Below are positions 24,893-39,100 of a stretch of DNA of 248,000 bases, piece by piece. The notes below the pieces were generated by a model. That model saw nothing but the letters and a program-made list of their open reading frames with translations, was not told the origin of the DNA and did not search any database. A program made the translations under genes and the position numbers. This DNA comes from Rhodosorus marinus CCMP1338 (lineage: Eukaryota > Plantae > Rhodophyta), in NCBI GenBank assembly GCA_029953675.1, contig JAMWBK010000004.1, forward strand, positions 1,012,001-1,260,000. Direction: 5' to 3'. The number at the start of each line of letters is the position of its first letter. Positions within the stretch are counted from its first letter, which is position 1.

Positions 24893-26578
24893 ATGGGAAG
24901 GATGAGATCTTTTGGGATATGGTTCGGGTTGTGGGTGGCCCTGATGGGTTTTGGAGAGTGCCAGGGCGAAAAACCGAACGTGATTGTGATTCTTGTTGAC
25001 GATCTGGGCTATGCTGACTTGGGAGTCCAAGGGAGCGATGTCGTCAAGTCTCCTCATATCGACAAACTCGCAAAGGATGGAGTCATCCTCACCGACGGAT
25101 ACGCTCCGCACAATTTTTGTGGGCCATCGCGGTCCGCTCTTTTCGCAGGGATTTGGCCGTTCAGAATTGGCGCCCAGTTCAATGCCCCCAAAGACTACTG
25201 GGACAACCTCGTTGGACTTCCACTAGGTTACAAAACAATACCTGAGACGATGCAGGAGGCTGGATACCAGACCTACTGCGTTGGAAAATGGCATTTGGGA
25301 TACACTCCCGAACATCACCCGAAGAACCGTGGCTACAACGGCTTCTTCGGGTTTCTCAAGGGCTCATGGAACTATAGACTATCCAAAATGTACGACGAGC
25401 AACTCGATGACTATGATTACATCTACAGAGGGTTCAAACGAGTTGGTGGCATCAAGTACATCACAGATAACTTCACGGACGCCGCTATAGGCTACATTGC
25501 TCGTTCGAATAGGCTTGGAAAGCCTTTCTTTCTGTACCTGTCGTACAACTCGCCGCATGCGCCGATCATTTCCTTGAAGGAGGATCTGGACCCAGAGGTC
25601 CCGGCGAATCGTCGAAACTACGTGGGAATGATTAAATCACTGGATCGAGGAGTCGAAAAAATTCGCTCCTACCTCGAGAAACTCGGCATAGCCGAGAACA
25701 CCGTCATCATGTTCTCCAGTGACAACGGCGGACATAAACACGGCGCAATAAACGAACCGCTGAGGGATATGAAGGGTTCCTACTATGAAGGCGGCCTAAG
25801 GGTGCCGTGGTTCATTACCTGGCCTGGTACTCTCCAACCCGGGCGGACATTCACCAAGTTGGCGACGCATATGGACATCTACCCGACTTTAGAGAACCTT
25901 GCACAAGTTCCTGAGGGGATGAAGAATCCTACCCTCGTCGGCGTTGATCTCCTGCCTTACCTCAGGAAGGTTGGTCAGAGTACGCCGGAGGCAAGCGGAG
26001 CGACTCATCCTTTCCTTTACTTTGGAGGCCCTGCCGCTTCAGGTAAAAGCGTTGGAATGATTCGTCAAGGCCGCTGGAAGCTTGTCATCATTAACGAGAA
26101 CGACAACTCCGAAAACGAGCTCTACGACCTAAGGGCGGATCTAAGCGAAACTACGGATTTGTCGGATGACAGGCCGGGGAAAGCCACGAGATTGTTCGAC
26201 ATCTGGACGGAATGGAACAGTGAGAATATTCTGCCGGTATATGGTAGATCCCGCGCTAAGAACCCGCTGCTGCTTGAGCTTTCCGTCGTGGCCGACGAAG
26301 TCGTGATAACACCGGGTGTGCCAATCTCCTTCGAGGCAGCGGGGTCGAGCGCTGATGGGGAAACCGTGACCTACTTTTGGGAGACTTTCATCCCTGTACG
26401 TGTAGATGAGGCGACCTACCGGGACGTATGGACCGATGGTGTCACCAGCACTTCGCGAACGGAGGACTCCATAAGCATCACTTATTCGAACCCGGGTGAT
26501 TACATCGTCCGCGTCACTATTCAGACCGAGCGATGGCAACTGTGGGAGGATGTCCAGATACAAGTCGTACCAGAATAA
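24893..26578 (+). CDS. Secreted S1 (formylglycine-dependent) sulfatase with C-terminal PKD-like domain
   Basis: Signal peptide; ILVDDLG, CGPSRSAL (CxPxR), GKWHLG, SDNGG, ELYDL; intronless. Confidence 0.92.
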   Translation: MGRMRSFGIWFGLWVALMGFGECQGEKPNVIVILVDDLGYADLGVQGSDVVKSPHIDKLAKDGVILTDGYAPHNFCGPSRSALFAGIWPFRIGAQFNAPKDYWDNLVGLPLGYKTIPETMQEAGYQTYCVGKWHLGYTPEHHPKNRGYNGFFGFLKGSWNYRLSKMYDEQLDDYDYIYRGFKRVGGIKYITDNFTDAAIGYIARSNRLGKPFFLYLSYNSPHAPIISLKEDLDPEVPANRRNYVGMIKSLDRGVEKIRSYLEKLGIAENTVIMFSSDNGGHKHGAINEPLRDMKGSYYEGGLRVPWFITWPGTLQPGRTFTKLATHMDIYPTLENLAQVPEGMKNPTLVGVDLLPYLRKVGQSTPEASGATHPFLYFGGPAASGKSVGMIRQGRWKLVIINENDNSENELYDLRADLSETTDLSDDRPGKATRLFDIWTEWNSENILPVYGRSRAKNPLLLELSVVADEVVITPGVPISFEAAGSSADGETVTYFWETFIPVRVDEATYRDVWTDGVTSTSRTEDSISITYSNPGDYIVRVTIQTERWQLWEDVQIQVVPE

Positions 26579-27445
26579 AAGACTGCGACCAGCAGTTGCA
26601 CAATTGCTCTTGTAACACTCTCCCAATAGAGTACCAGGCCTGCATAAACATCCCCTATTCGAGCCCGGGAGATTACTTTGTCACCGTCACTATTTAGTCC
26701 GAGCGATGGCAACTGCGGGAGCATGTCCGGATACAAGTCGTACCAGAATAAACGGCTCCGACCAGGGCCTTGCGCTGTTGCTCTTATAACGCTCTCCACA
26801 CAGAGTACCAGGACTCCATAACATCACCTACTCGGCCTGGGAGACTACATCGTCCTCGTCACCACTCAGGCCGAGCGGCGACAGTGGGAGGATATCCGGA
26901 TACAATTTGTACCAGAATAAAAGGCTCCGATCAGTGCCTTGTGCAGCTGCTCAAAAAAAAAAACGCTCTCCACACAGAATGCCGGACAAGGTGATCTAGG
27001 CAGCAACAGACTTGGACGGCCACGCGGTTTTGGACGTTAGACCAATCCTGCAAGTCCCAAGTCGTCAACGTAGTCGACTATTGGCCAACAAGGAGTGGAC
27101 GAGAAGGAAAGGTGACTCCTCAACAGTCCGGCACTCGCAGAACCCAATGCCTGCCCTCCACACTGAGGATGTTCAAGAACCCCAGCCTTTGTTTTAATGC
27201 CATGAACGTACTAGAGCTGCGTACATGCTCCATAGCTCCGCTGAGTGCATAAAAAAAAGAGTAAGAATTCCGTCCGTGCCAACGCTCTTCCATCTTCTTC
27301 AGCGGGAGATGGGCTAGGCAACAACGAGTTGCTCAGTCTCACGCCTGAATAGCCCTGCGTAATTTTCAGTGAAAGGAAAAACGTATGAACAAGGTCGTCG
27401 GGAACGATCCAGGTTTTTCTTAGCCACTGATTCCAACACCAGTAC

Positions 27446-28298
27446 TCACCATCCTGCATCTATGATCATTTCAGAACCAGTCACAAGGGAGCTCTCATCG
27501 CTAGCCAGGTAGGTTACCAGCGGAACTACTTCGTCGACCCTCCCAGCACGTTTTAGCAGATGCAAGTTTTCCATCTCCTCCGAGGGTATGAAATCGGTCA
27601 TGGCGGTCTTGATAACCCCCGGGCCAATGGCATTCACCCGAACATCTGGAGCTGCCTAGGCGTGGTGAGCGACGGTAAACAAAGCTATTAGCATCGCCGT
27701 AGAAAAGAGGGCCGGCTGTCGCAGAGGGAAGGTGGAGGAAGAGCGTAGGCTTGGATCTCACCTCGACGGCCGCATACTTCATGATCATAGATGCCGCAGC
27801 TTTGCTAGCAGCGTAAATTGCGGGGGCTGATCCCAAACCCGTGGTTACCGCTGAAGCCATGGTGCTTGAGTTTACGATGATGGACCCGGTGCCTCCTGAT
27901 GTTTCTTTCATCGCGGGTAGGCAGTGCTTGATGCCGAGAATGACGGATTTGACATTGACGTTGAGAACCGTGTCGATCATATCCACGTCCAACTCGGTGA
28001 TGGGTGCCTTTCCGTAATAGCCGGCATTCAAGAAAGCGGCATGTAATGCACCAAACGTCGACAGGGCCTTCTCAACCATGCCTTTAGCAGTGCTCTCCAA
28101 GCCCACGTCTCCAACATAGGAAGTAGCCTCACCACCGGCCTCATTGATCTGTTTCACCAACGCATCGAGCTTATCGGCAGATCGTGCGACAACTACTACC
28201 TTTGCGCCTGCCGTCGCGGCTCCGAGAGCCACACCTTCGCCAATCCCGGCCGACGCTCCGGTCACGATCACCACCTTACCAGTTAACGAGGCCGGCAT
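27446..28298 (-). CDS. Classical SDR oxidoreductase (FabG-like), one intron (27656-27761)
   Basis: IVTGASAGIG, NAG, YAASK, VNAIGPG, IDAG; GT-AG intron restores frame. Confidence 0.9.
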
Positions 28299-29469
28299 GA
28301 TAATCAACTCTCCTATTAACCAACGTTTGAGGGATGAAACGTATCCAAGTTGCATGCAAGCAAACCATAATGGTCTGGAAATGTGGCACAGTTTAAAGTC
28401 AGCCTTTTATAGACCCGATGTGCGGATGCCCCCTCTCGGATCTCGAACAGAAGTCACTGTGCAACTAGCTTCAGTCCATCAAAACGCGGTGCATTTTTAT
28501 TTCCACTGTTCTTTTCGCAAATAACGTGTTTTTGTACTGTTTTTGTCTGCGGTTCGTACAACCGCCGACTAGAGGGGATGCATTGCTGTCAACTGCAAAC
28601 CATTGCTTTCCCGAGATTTTTCCTGTCTGATGAACACACTTGCTGTGTACTTACCAGCAAACTCACATTTCTCTAGTGGGTTCAGCCGGGGTATCGAACG
28701 GAATGATCTGGAAGGAAAGGGATTCACTACAAGGAATACTTCTTCAGCTGCATATCTCAGTTTATCCAGAGTACGCGAGGGAAGAGGAAGCCAGACTGTC
28801 ACCTCCGGCATTGTCAAATCTTGATAGAGACTACACGTCCGGCTTCCGAAAGGATCTAGAACGTATATGCGGTGGATGTGATGTTCTTATCCACATGAAA
28901 AGGAGCAGGAGGTCTAAATAGTTTTCAGGTCACCATCCCGCGAGCGTTCTCACTTCAAGTACAATACAGAACAGGTTCGAACACGAAAAAGATTACTTTT
29001 TGAAGTTTACTTTTCGAAGTTGGTGAGAAATTTGGAGTGGAAAGAGCAAAATTTTGGAGGCGATCTTTCGGATGTCCTAGATAAGCCTAAAACTTGGTAG
29101 ACAATTGGTATGTGTGGGTGCTGACGGGGTCCCTCCTCAGGCTCAGTTTTCTAATTCAGATTTAAATTCTGCTTTGCTCAACAGGTTTTCGAACTCGCCA
29201 CTTGCAGTACAGTTTTCAATATTAATACAGCATAACTTTAGGACACATTCGAAATATTGTCTCTAAATTTCATCTTATCCACTCAAAATTTGGGTTTCTC
29301 ACCCCACCGAAAGTTTGACAGTAATGTTCATATTCTAAATTTGGATAAGGCAAAACGCAAAAAATCAGAAACTTCTAGATTTCTAAGGGACGGTTTAGCC
29401 GTCCGTCCTCCTAGATAGATCCGACCAAAAATAAATCGATTTGGATTTAAAGTAAAAGTACGATGGAAT

Positions 29470-32350
29470 TTGACGGTATTATACGGTTACTGTCGAATGC
29501 CCCTTTAGTACGTGAATGTTTTGCATCCAAAAGCGTTTCTGGTATAAGTCCAGTCCCAGGACAACACATGGGTCAATCCACGGCGGGAGTAACATATGAT
29601 GTTTCCGATATTAACCAAGCTTTAGGCAGATGGGGAACTGAGGTAGTAGCATTGTTGGACAGAGTCCGCTACTAACACATAGGACTTGTAAGCAATAGAA
29701 GTGATTCGTAGTTTGTCAGCTACTAGAGCAATATGGATCAAGCCTGGGTAGGATTAAGGTTTTTGGACGCGTGCATCTGCACATACGTTTCCCTAAGCCC
29801 AAGATCTCAGAGGCTGTAGGAGTATATGTGTTGCTTCAAGAAGTCGGCAAAGTGCGTATGGTACCATTAGATGGGTGGATGGCAGATAAAAACGAGACTC
29901 ATAGGGCTTGAATTTCCAACAGGTTATGAGCGCAGACACGGCCGAGGCCGATTCGAAGCGGGAAGGAGGCCAGTTAGCGATTGACGAGCTGTCGTCAATT
30001 GATGCGCATAAACAGCTCGTCATCAATTGCCCTTTGCCACAATTCGCCGTCCGGTCTTGTTAGAGCCTCTTTCACATTCCTCGGTTCATCCAGAACATTA
30101 TCACCTGCTAACTTGATACTATTCAAGACATCCATGTTGGCCTCCTTCTGCTTCGAATCGGCCTCGGCCGTGTCTGCGCTCATAACCTGTCGGGAATTCA
30201 AGCCCTATGAGACCTGCAAGTTTAGTATTATCCTAGGAATGTGAAAGAGGCGCTAACAAGACCGGACGGCGAATTGTAGCAAAGGGCGATTGATGACGAG
30301 CTGTCGTCAATTGATGAGCATAAACAGCTCATCATCAATCGCCCTTTGCCACAATTCGTCCGGTCTTGTTAGAGCCTCTTTCACATTCCTAGGTTCATCC
30401 AGAACATTATCACCTGCCAGCTTAATATTATTCAAGAAATCCACATTGGCCTTCTTCCTGCTTCGAATCGGCCTCGGCACCTTTTTGGGGGGTGCCGTTT
30501 CGTTGACTGGTACATCAGTGCCATCAACTAAAACAGCATCGGAGCAAGAGGGGGAAGCAGTCGTCGGGGCACAACGGCCAAAAAAAGTTTAATGCTAGTG
30601 GGGGCAGGGAGAAACCCACACTCCTAGCCATTGGAGGCTCCAGTGGTAAGAATGACCTAGTAGTTGACAGTGGGGCATCCACACACATATTCGGGAACCG
30701 TGAGTTCTTCGATAACCTGGATCCGGTGACGGAATCCAAGGTCGGGTTGGCGGATAGGCGTGAAATCTCATGCACCCACGAGGCAACCGTATCGTTCCAG
30801 GTAAAAACGGATGTGGGAGTTCGGAAGTTGGGCTTGTCAAGGGTCAAATATTCTTCGGAACAGACGGGCAACTGTGTGTCCGTGGTACAACGGACGGAGA
30901 GGGGGTGCCGGGTCGCTTTCGATCCGAAAGGCGGACGCGTTGATGACAAGACCGGTGGAATGCTCGCGAGGATGGTAAATAGCAAACAGGGTTATATCCT
31001 AGATAGTTATATGACGCTAAAAGAACGTGTTTGCCATTATCTATTGGATGCTCATTTTCGCACTGACCACATGAAAGACCAAACGGCCGGAAGGATGTTA
31101 GATGCGGGCGCGAAACGTCTCATTTGTCTGAGGACAACGATGAAAAGAAAGCGGCGCAAGGGCAGGTTGATGCATGCGCTGGAGGTTGCAGATATAATAC
31201 ACAGTGATGCCTATGGGGCCTTACCGCGATCAGACGCAGGAAACTTCTCTCAATTCGTGACTTTCACTGATGAGAAATCGAGGTAGCTGAGAATCTTTCC
31301 AGTCGTGAAGAAGAGCGACGTTGAGGTTACTTTCATAGATTATTGCGAATGGTTCCAGAGGAAGACTGGTCGTCTTGCGATGGTTGTACATTGTGATAAC
31401 GGTGGGGAGTTCGAGAAGTTGTAACAATTGTTGAGAAAAAAGGGGGTAGAATGGGATCCAGCGCCACCTCATTCGCCAGAAAGCAATGGTATTGCGGGAC
31501 GGGTAAAATTCGACAGTACTAGAGTTAATGAGGTCAATGTTGTGCGACGCTGGAGCGTCGTTGGCAAGTTGGCCAAACATTGTCCAGCTTGTGGAGAGGA
31601 TTACAAACTCACGAACCCGGAAAGCACAGAGCGCAAGTCCTGTAGAGATTCCGACCCTATAAACGGACAGTACTGCGTGAGATAAGCGTACACCTCAGCA
31701 TGTGGATATAAGTCTCTAATATGCGCAGGAACAGGAAAAATTGAATAAGTTTGAGTTGAAGCATGTGGCAACGGAGAGTCAGACAGCGGAAATGTTGACG
31801 AAATCTGAGAGCAGTGTGCTATTCGAGAAACACAGAGATTCGATGGGACTGTAGAGCAGAGACTGCAAAGTGGAACTGACAGGGATCATTCGAAGGGGGG
31901 TGTTAACAGATTACATATATCCGGTTATTGTCGAATGCTCCCCTGGTGCGAATGTTTTGCACCCAGAAGCGTTTCTGGTATAGGTCCAGTTCCAGGACAA
32001 CCCATGGGTGAATCCACGGCGCGAATAACCTACGATGTTTCCGATATTGACGAACCTTGCAGAGGTCGAAATGAGGTTGTAGCATTGTTGGACAGACTCT
32101 GCTACTAAAACAGAGGACTTATCAGCACTAGATGTGATTCGTAGTTTGTCAGCTACTTGAGCATAAGGATCAAGACCGGGCAGGATTAGGGTTTTTGTAC
32201 GCTTGCATCTGCATGAACGTTTTCCCCAAGTCCCGAGATCTCAGAGGCTTTAGGAGTATATATATGTTTCTTCAAGAAGTCGGCAAAGTGCGTTTGGTAC
32301 TGTTAGCTGGGTTTGGGAGAGATAAAAAGTGAACTCATAGGTCTTGAATT
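29470..32350 (+). mobile_element. Degenerate Ty1/Copia cluster (protease, integrase, RT-start, LTR-like pieces)
   Basis: VVDSGASTHIF, IHSDAYG, HCDNGGEF, PPHSPESNG, EPRNVKEAL..WQRAIDDEL in both orientations. Confidence 0.8.
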
Positions 32351-33281
32351 TCACAACAAAAAAACGTTGGAGCCAAAAAAAAACCGTTGGGGCCAAAAAA
32401 AAAATCCCGTTGGGAGGGAAAAGAAACCGTTGGATGTTCTTCTCGCTCTAGAGATTGTGAGAAATTTAAACGACCAGGAAGGTTGCAAACTTCTCGTTGG
32501 GAAGAAAACATCGGGTGCATGTTTTTCTTGTTACTTTCTATATGTATGGTGCTTGTCTACTGCATAGTCCCCTCTATATGGCTAAGCACTTGGCTGGGGA
32601 GTTGATATGTGCCTCAATGGTTGGAACGTGGACTATTGTCCAACAATTATGCTTAAGCTCGATATCCATATGTCCAATGGGATGTTGGTCTCCCATACGG
32701 CAAACACCTGATTCCTTCTTAACAACGAGCTCCAGCTGTCCGCGGAGCCGATATTCGTGAATCTATTTTCAGTTGTGTTTCTACTATAGCCGAAGAGCTT
32801 AAGTTTGTCCACGCCCGTTAGCTCAGATATTTGCATGACAAACTTTGGTTCTAACGGGCCCTTTTTGGAAGAGGGTGCTAATTCACATCCTTTTCGAGTC
32901 GAATTGTGCAGGGTGCACATGAATTGTGGAAACATCGATCGCCCCGGAGGCGATTTGGAAAGGGAAAACCAACTTACTGAGCGCTGGAGCTGATCGTGCG
33001 CCAAGAATGCCACGAAGACTGGAGCCATTTCCATACACATCCGGAAATGTGGATTTGGTGGGGGGAAAAGCTGTGCAAAGACTGTGCTTTCTCGGAGAAA
33101 TGGAGAGGCTAGCTGACCACGATGACATGTTTCAACGCGAGTTGATCTGGTAATATAAAGGAAACACTATGCTAATAAAGCCAGTCTATAGGGTGGGGGG
33201 AGGGGGTGGGGGAGATTGAGAAGGTGGTGGACGACTTGGACGATAGAAGAGGAACGGAACTCGTCGATGAAAAAAAAAAAT

Positions 33282-34460
33282 ATGGGACCCTGCGCACTCG
33301 TTCTGTTAACTTTCGCGTTGCTTCATGCTGCTGCTCGATCTCAGAATTGTTTGGAAGACCCAAAGTCCGGAGCGTTTGAGTTCTCAGCGTTCTGTAGGCC
33401 TCTGGTCGACAGGACCGGGGTCCGTTTGGGTGAAGTGTGTGCGGACACTCTGATAAACAAGAAAGATATTCCAGGAGGGGATTTTTTGCGGAGCTGCATC
33501 AGGCTCCAGTTCAGGACTGATGAGGGATTCCAGTTGAACCTGCTCAGAGGAGGAGCGCATTTTGACGAGCCTCCCACAGCACAGGCACGATTTACCTCCC
33601 GCAGAAACATCGATGGTTGGAAGGAGAACAATGGGATTACGGACGCAGTTACCTCAGGTAGGCTTCTGGTTTGTCCCGAGGAAATGTCGGGAAAGTCAGA
33701 ATGCTGTGGAGAAACCATCGGGGTTGTCGCGTACGCGGTAGTCACCCCCGTAGACAATCCTGAGGCACCACGAATTCGAGCTTTTCTGAGCCCCGAGAAT
33801 GATGACTTTCTATGCACGACGCGGGACAGCGACGACACCACGTCCTGCGACGTTTCGATTTCATGTCCGTCATGCGAAGTGGATGAATGTCGACAGACAG
33901 GAGGGGCATGTGTAGCAACTGACGCTTTCCCTTGCCGTGTTGGCTCTTCAGTAAGTTCCCATAAAAGTCCTGCTAGTGTAAATCGGTTTGTATAAGCTCG
34001 TGATCACAGTCTGCGCCGTTAACCCGGGTTCTTCTGTACTGGAGATGATCCCAACGGTGGTTTTCTTCTATAGAAGGCAACGCGTGCATGGTGACTGTTT
34101 CCGGTTGCTTGTCGAACAGCGATATCGCATGTGTTGGCGACCATAGTCGTGGTCTAACAGCTGACCCTTTCTCCCCAAATGTCTTCCTCTAGGCATCGTA
34201 CAAGCAGGAAGATGAATTTTGCGGGTGTTGTGGAGGCGAAGACTCGTGCTTCGAAGGGAATAAGTGCGTTCCGAATACCGGCTCTACTCTCTGTGCTTAT
34301 CCGCAGGTAGGCATTGCTCGACTATTTTCATTGGTTACTCGCATTCGAGATAATTTCTGTAGAGTTTGGGACCCCGTTCAGGGCGCACTTCACCATCAAG
34401 TTCCGTGACTTGCTCGCTCCTATTTAACGCCCGTCATCGAACCAATCCGACTGTCCGAAA
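33282..34460 (+). CDS. Secreted Cys-rich protein carrying the shared Cys domain; additional small 3' exons probable
   Basis: Signal peptide; GEVC..CIRLQF..CC motif; downstream Cys-rich exon-like pieces (EFCGCCGGEDSC); 3' end approximate. Confidence 0.65.
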
Positions 34461-36129
34461 TTAGGCTCAAATTGGCTTTCCGCCGGATTATCTGTGTAAG
34501 TGCAGCTGCGTCGATGATAACACTTGCACGGACCCAGCCACAGGCAACTGCATCCCCGTGGCGGACTTTGTTTGCATTATTGACCAATGGGTGAGGAGGG
34601 CACTTCAAGTTGTGCCGATAAAGAGCAAAACCACAGCGAAGACAAACTGTGTCAACGGCGAGTGCAGCATAGTGGAAAGCTAAATAGTTTCTGGTGACTT
34701 TGCTCTATCCGAATTCTCCACACACAGTCTCCCCTCAGAGCAGAGGACGGGACTTGCACATGTGATGGGCTTAGGTGCCCGGAAGGGGAGTGCCTTCGCC
34801 AAGAATCAGCTCCTCCAGGCTCGTGCACGACGACCGGAGTCACTTGCGATAGTGCCGTAAGGAATGAGCAGGAAATTCTCTCCCCTGGTGGTTAAGCGAG
34901 CTCTAACGAGTGTGTACCTGCTTCTAACCGTGATCTATGCTTACATAGGGAATCCTTTCTCGAGCGTTCGACGGTCAGCGGTGCATTTGCTGCAATGACT
35001 TTGATACAGAGGTGGTTTGCATTCGCAAAACGGATAACATATGCATCCTGGTTAGCGACTTTCCTTGCCCTGATGGGGTAAGTTGACAGACGTCTTCAGA
35101 CCTGCAAGCTAGCACTTGGCGGCAATCACCCACGCAGGGTTTCCAACGGCATGCGCATGCCGGCAAGCGCTTTCTTTTAGCTCCTGTTGACCTGGACCTT
35201 GGTGTCTCTGCGCTCCCTTTTGTGTACAGGAGATTCCAGCGTCATTTTCCAACAAACTTTGCACTTGTGTCCCGCAGATCGCATGCCGGCAAACGCTTTC
35301 TTCTGTCGCCTGTTGACCTGGACCTTGGTGTCTCTGCGCTCACTTTTGTGTACGGGAGATTTCACACCCTGCGTAGCGCGTCACGCTCTACTAGTAAATC
35401 CAATCCATCCGAACTCTTCATACAGCAACCGAAAACCGGAGTGCCTTTCGGCGATATAGCATCTCCTCGGTCCAGCTTTTCTTGTGGATAGTTGCTCTAC
35501 ACTCGATAGTCGAGGTAAAAAAAGGGGGTACTTCTGATTTCCTCAGCTGCTCTTTCCCGTGACCGCGCTGAATAGTTCCCCTCCTCCGCCCACAGGATCG
35601 GGGTTAAGCCTAAATACAGAATATTTCAAGTTATACTACACGCATAACAATTGACCAGAATTCGATTTGCTATGCGAAGGCGAAGCACGTACGGATTGGC
35701 CATTGCTTTGTTAGTTTTAAATATGTTTAGGAACGATGGTTGATGCACTAGTTTTAATCGGAGGCTGCAAGAAAGGACCTCGAGAGGAAAAAGGAGAATA
35801 TGCGCGGCGAAGATAGCGCGCCTCCAACATCAAAGCAGCGTTCCTACGCCACAGCAATAAACTTAAACTGGTAATCAACGAGGACAGACAGTCCGAGTGT
35901 TCGCGGAACAATTCCCGAAGACAACAAGAACCAACGGAATCCATAGAACCCAAAGCATTCAATGACCAGAGGTACCAGGCGAAGAGGAAGAGCCGAAGCA
36001 CGAATGCTAGGGAAGACAAGGCCCCGGAATATTTCACCTATTGGGATTGTAGAAACAAAGTGTTTTGTATGTGAAGGTGTATGGATCCTGACTTGTCTGC
36101 CATAAATACGATCGCCTCCTATGTGGATT

Positions 36130-39100
36130 GGACTTTACTAGTATAGCCTGAAGCGCTACGCAAGGCGTGAAGATGAACTAATAACTAGGGAGGGAAGCAT
36201 GCAACCCCAGGCGCCGATGGCGCGCCTCGGAAAGCATGTGGCTGGAATATCGCCAAAAGGAGACACTTAAACGCCTCAAGAGCGCCAAATATTCAGTAGG
36301 ATGCTCAGCAAAACATTTCCGCAACCACTCTAAACCCGACTTATCCACGTGACCAAAGCTTTCCACAATGAATGGCTGGAACCGGTGAGAGCGACCCTCA
36401 GCGCAAGGCAGACTGGCCATGCTCTCAGCATACCGTCGTTCCCTAACTCTTCTAAGGGCTGAAGCCGCGGCCCCCCGGCGGCGGGCGGCTGCGGTGAGGT
36501 GGGCGCTGGCCACGGGGCAGGTAATCGCAAGGTCCACATATGTTGAGCGTCTGGCAGCAGCGTCGGAGACGAGGAGATCGGCTATACAACGGGGCGGTGC
36601 AGAGTCCGAGATTGATCTGGGCAGTTCCGACTCAACCTCAACCGTATGCCCTATCCGAGTCAAAAATTCGCTGAGGATGTACTTGAGGCGAGTGTGACGC
36701 CTCGTACGGAGACCTCTCAACAGTCCATCCGGCTCTCACATCCCTGACAGAAAGACGGCCGATTAGAGTGCCACGGAGCCTGTGGCAAACCGAGATAGAT
36801 CCGTGCGGCAGAACGGAACTGGAAAGCATCGAGACGATGACTCAATGACGACGGTAGAGTGGTTAACCACAAGTGCGAGAGGTGGCCTCCCATGCCGCGG
36901 AGACGAGCGGCAGTGGTAGGCGGCGTGAGAGGAGAATTGAGCATGACTGTGTGAGCGGCACTGTGTTGGCCCCAGGTGAGGCTATGTTGAATCACATCAG
37001 TGCGGGAGCTCCACAATCGGCTCAAACCCGGGTAGTCTGCGACAGGTGACCCGGGGCTAGCCTCTCCGTCATCGGCAAGAACTCGGTCGAGGGGGGTTGA
37101 TCAATCGCTTCAGCTCGTCCCCATAACAGCTCCTTCCAGGAACGAAAGCGGGATCGATTTGCGTCCGGCACGGCGTTGCACCTCCTGAACGCGTGTTGAA
37201 GACCATCATAAATTGTCAAAAGCGGGGGCGGCAGGGTCACTGGATCCTCGTTGGTCAAAGCTCGAGCCAAGAGGCAGGCACTTCGCATTCTGGAAGGTCA
37301 CCAACGTTCGCAGCGCGGTAGCCCAGGAGGCAACCGCCGCTGGCGAGCATACCAGCCCACGGTCTGCGACGCCGAATCCCCCTAATCGCAACGGTAGAAC
37401 GATCTGTGCACGAATCAAGTCCCTGTCGGGAGCAGCTTCAAGATCGAGGGGCTCATCCAAGAGCGTTCCCCAGTGTTGCAGGGTCATCTCGTCGGCTCTA
37501 GCCGCGATCCACGAGCCCCAAGCTGGAGGCAGGCTGCGCAACCAGTAGTTGAGTCTGGGACCGGCACAAAAGCGGGAAAGCAAGCAGACCGATTGCAGCA
37601 TGCTGTCGGGTAGGTGCTCAATGGCGTCGGTGAGTTGCTTGTGCCGTGCCAAAACTCGCTCGCAGGATGCTTGGACAAAGTTGTCAGTCCGCAATCCGAC
37701 GCCGTGGTGTTCGAACCCTTCACGTTCGCTGATTAGTCGCAGAGTGGGTGGCAGAGAGGCCAGCGAGACGTCCCTCGGGGGGAGAAAGCGACATTTTTCT
37801 GTTTCCACAGTCAAACCGACGCGACGTGCAATCGCTTCGATCTCGGTCAGCCCCCTAGCCAGGGTCTCAGGGGTGCCCAGCAATGTTACGTCATCGTGGT
37901 ACGCGCAGATTCGAAGATCCGAGACCTCAGTCGAAAGACGTAAAAGTACGAGCTGTAGGGCACAGGCATGAAGAAGAGGTCCGCAAGGGTCGCCTTGTTG
38001 GACGCCAGTATGTGCTTGAAAAACAGTGCCCTCCGTTGTCAAGTAGGGGAGGCTCTCCCCTCCGTAAATACCCGATAGAAACGGCCACGCCTCCGGAAAC
38101 ACCCGTCGGAGCACCTCTAGCGCATGCGTCCGCGACACGCTGTTGAATGCGTTCCGGAAATCAACCACCAAGACTCCCCACTCCGGCCTACTGGCGCGTT
38201 CTAGCTCGATCCCATGGGTGATCAGTTCGCAACCCCCAGAAAATCCCATCCCTACTTGCAAGGGCGCCATAAAAGCTGTGACTCGCTGGCGAAGGCGCTG
38301 GCATAGCCACCTCCCGGCTAACTTCCGTAGGCTCTCCACCATCCCGATCCCCCGGAGACGCGGGTGGACCGGCTGGTGGTCAGGTTTCGTGAGCAAGCAA
38401 AGCTGTGGCCTGCCGGAGATGTTCCCATGGCGCAGACGCACCCGATACGCCCTGGAACAACTTGTTAAGGATCCTCAGAAGCGCGCTCTGGCCAGGCTGG
38501 CTCAGGGCCTGCAATAGCTCTGTTCTTAGTCCGGAGGGTCCGGGACAGCGTCCCCGACGCGAGGTACGAAGCAAATCCTCCAGGTCAGACTCACTGAGCG
38601 TCAGATCGATGCGAAACCTGGCCAACTCCGGACGGTCCAAGAATACCTCGAATTCAGGGGACAAGTCCACGTCGGACTCAGGGAACAAAGACGACACCGT
38701 CTGGACGAGACTATCATCGTAGGGGAGGACAGGCGCCTGGCCCTCCAAAACCCGCGCCGCTCGACTTAAATCGCCCACTGCTACCAATTTCTGTACTCGA
38801 GCCGGCACGGGCCACACTGTGCCATGCCAAGTCCGACGGGCGGATGGTGCTGACGACGCCAAATAGCTGCGCTGTAGTACTTCGAAGTCTCCCTTCAAGA
38901 ACAGGGCCAGTCTGTCTCGTACTCGCCATCTGCGCTCCGATGTGTGAATGGGGGCCAGAATCAGGCGCGGCATGACCCCCAGAAAAACCCAAATGACTGT
39001 CTCCCGATTGCTGCGAGCCAGGCTCGTGAAGATGAAATCGAGAATGGTTCCAGCTACTAGAAGGTCTCCACGAGGGAGGACGACTGGGGGAATGCCCCAC

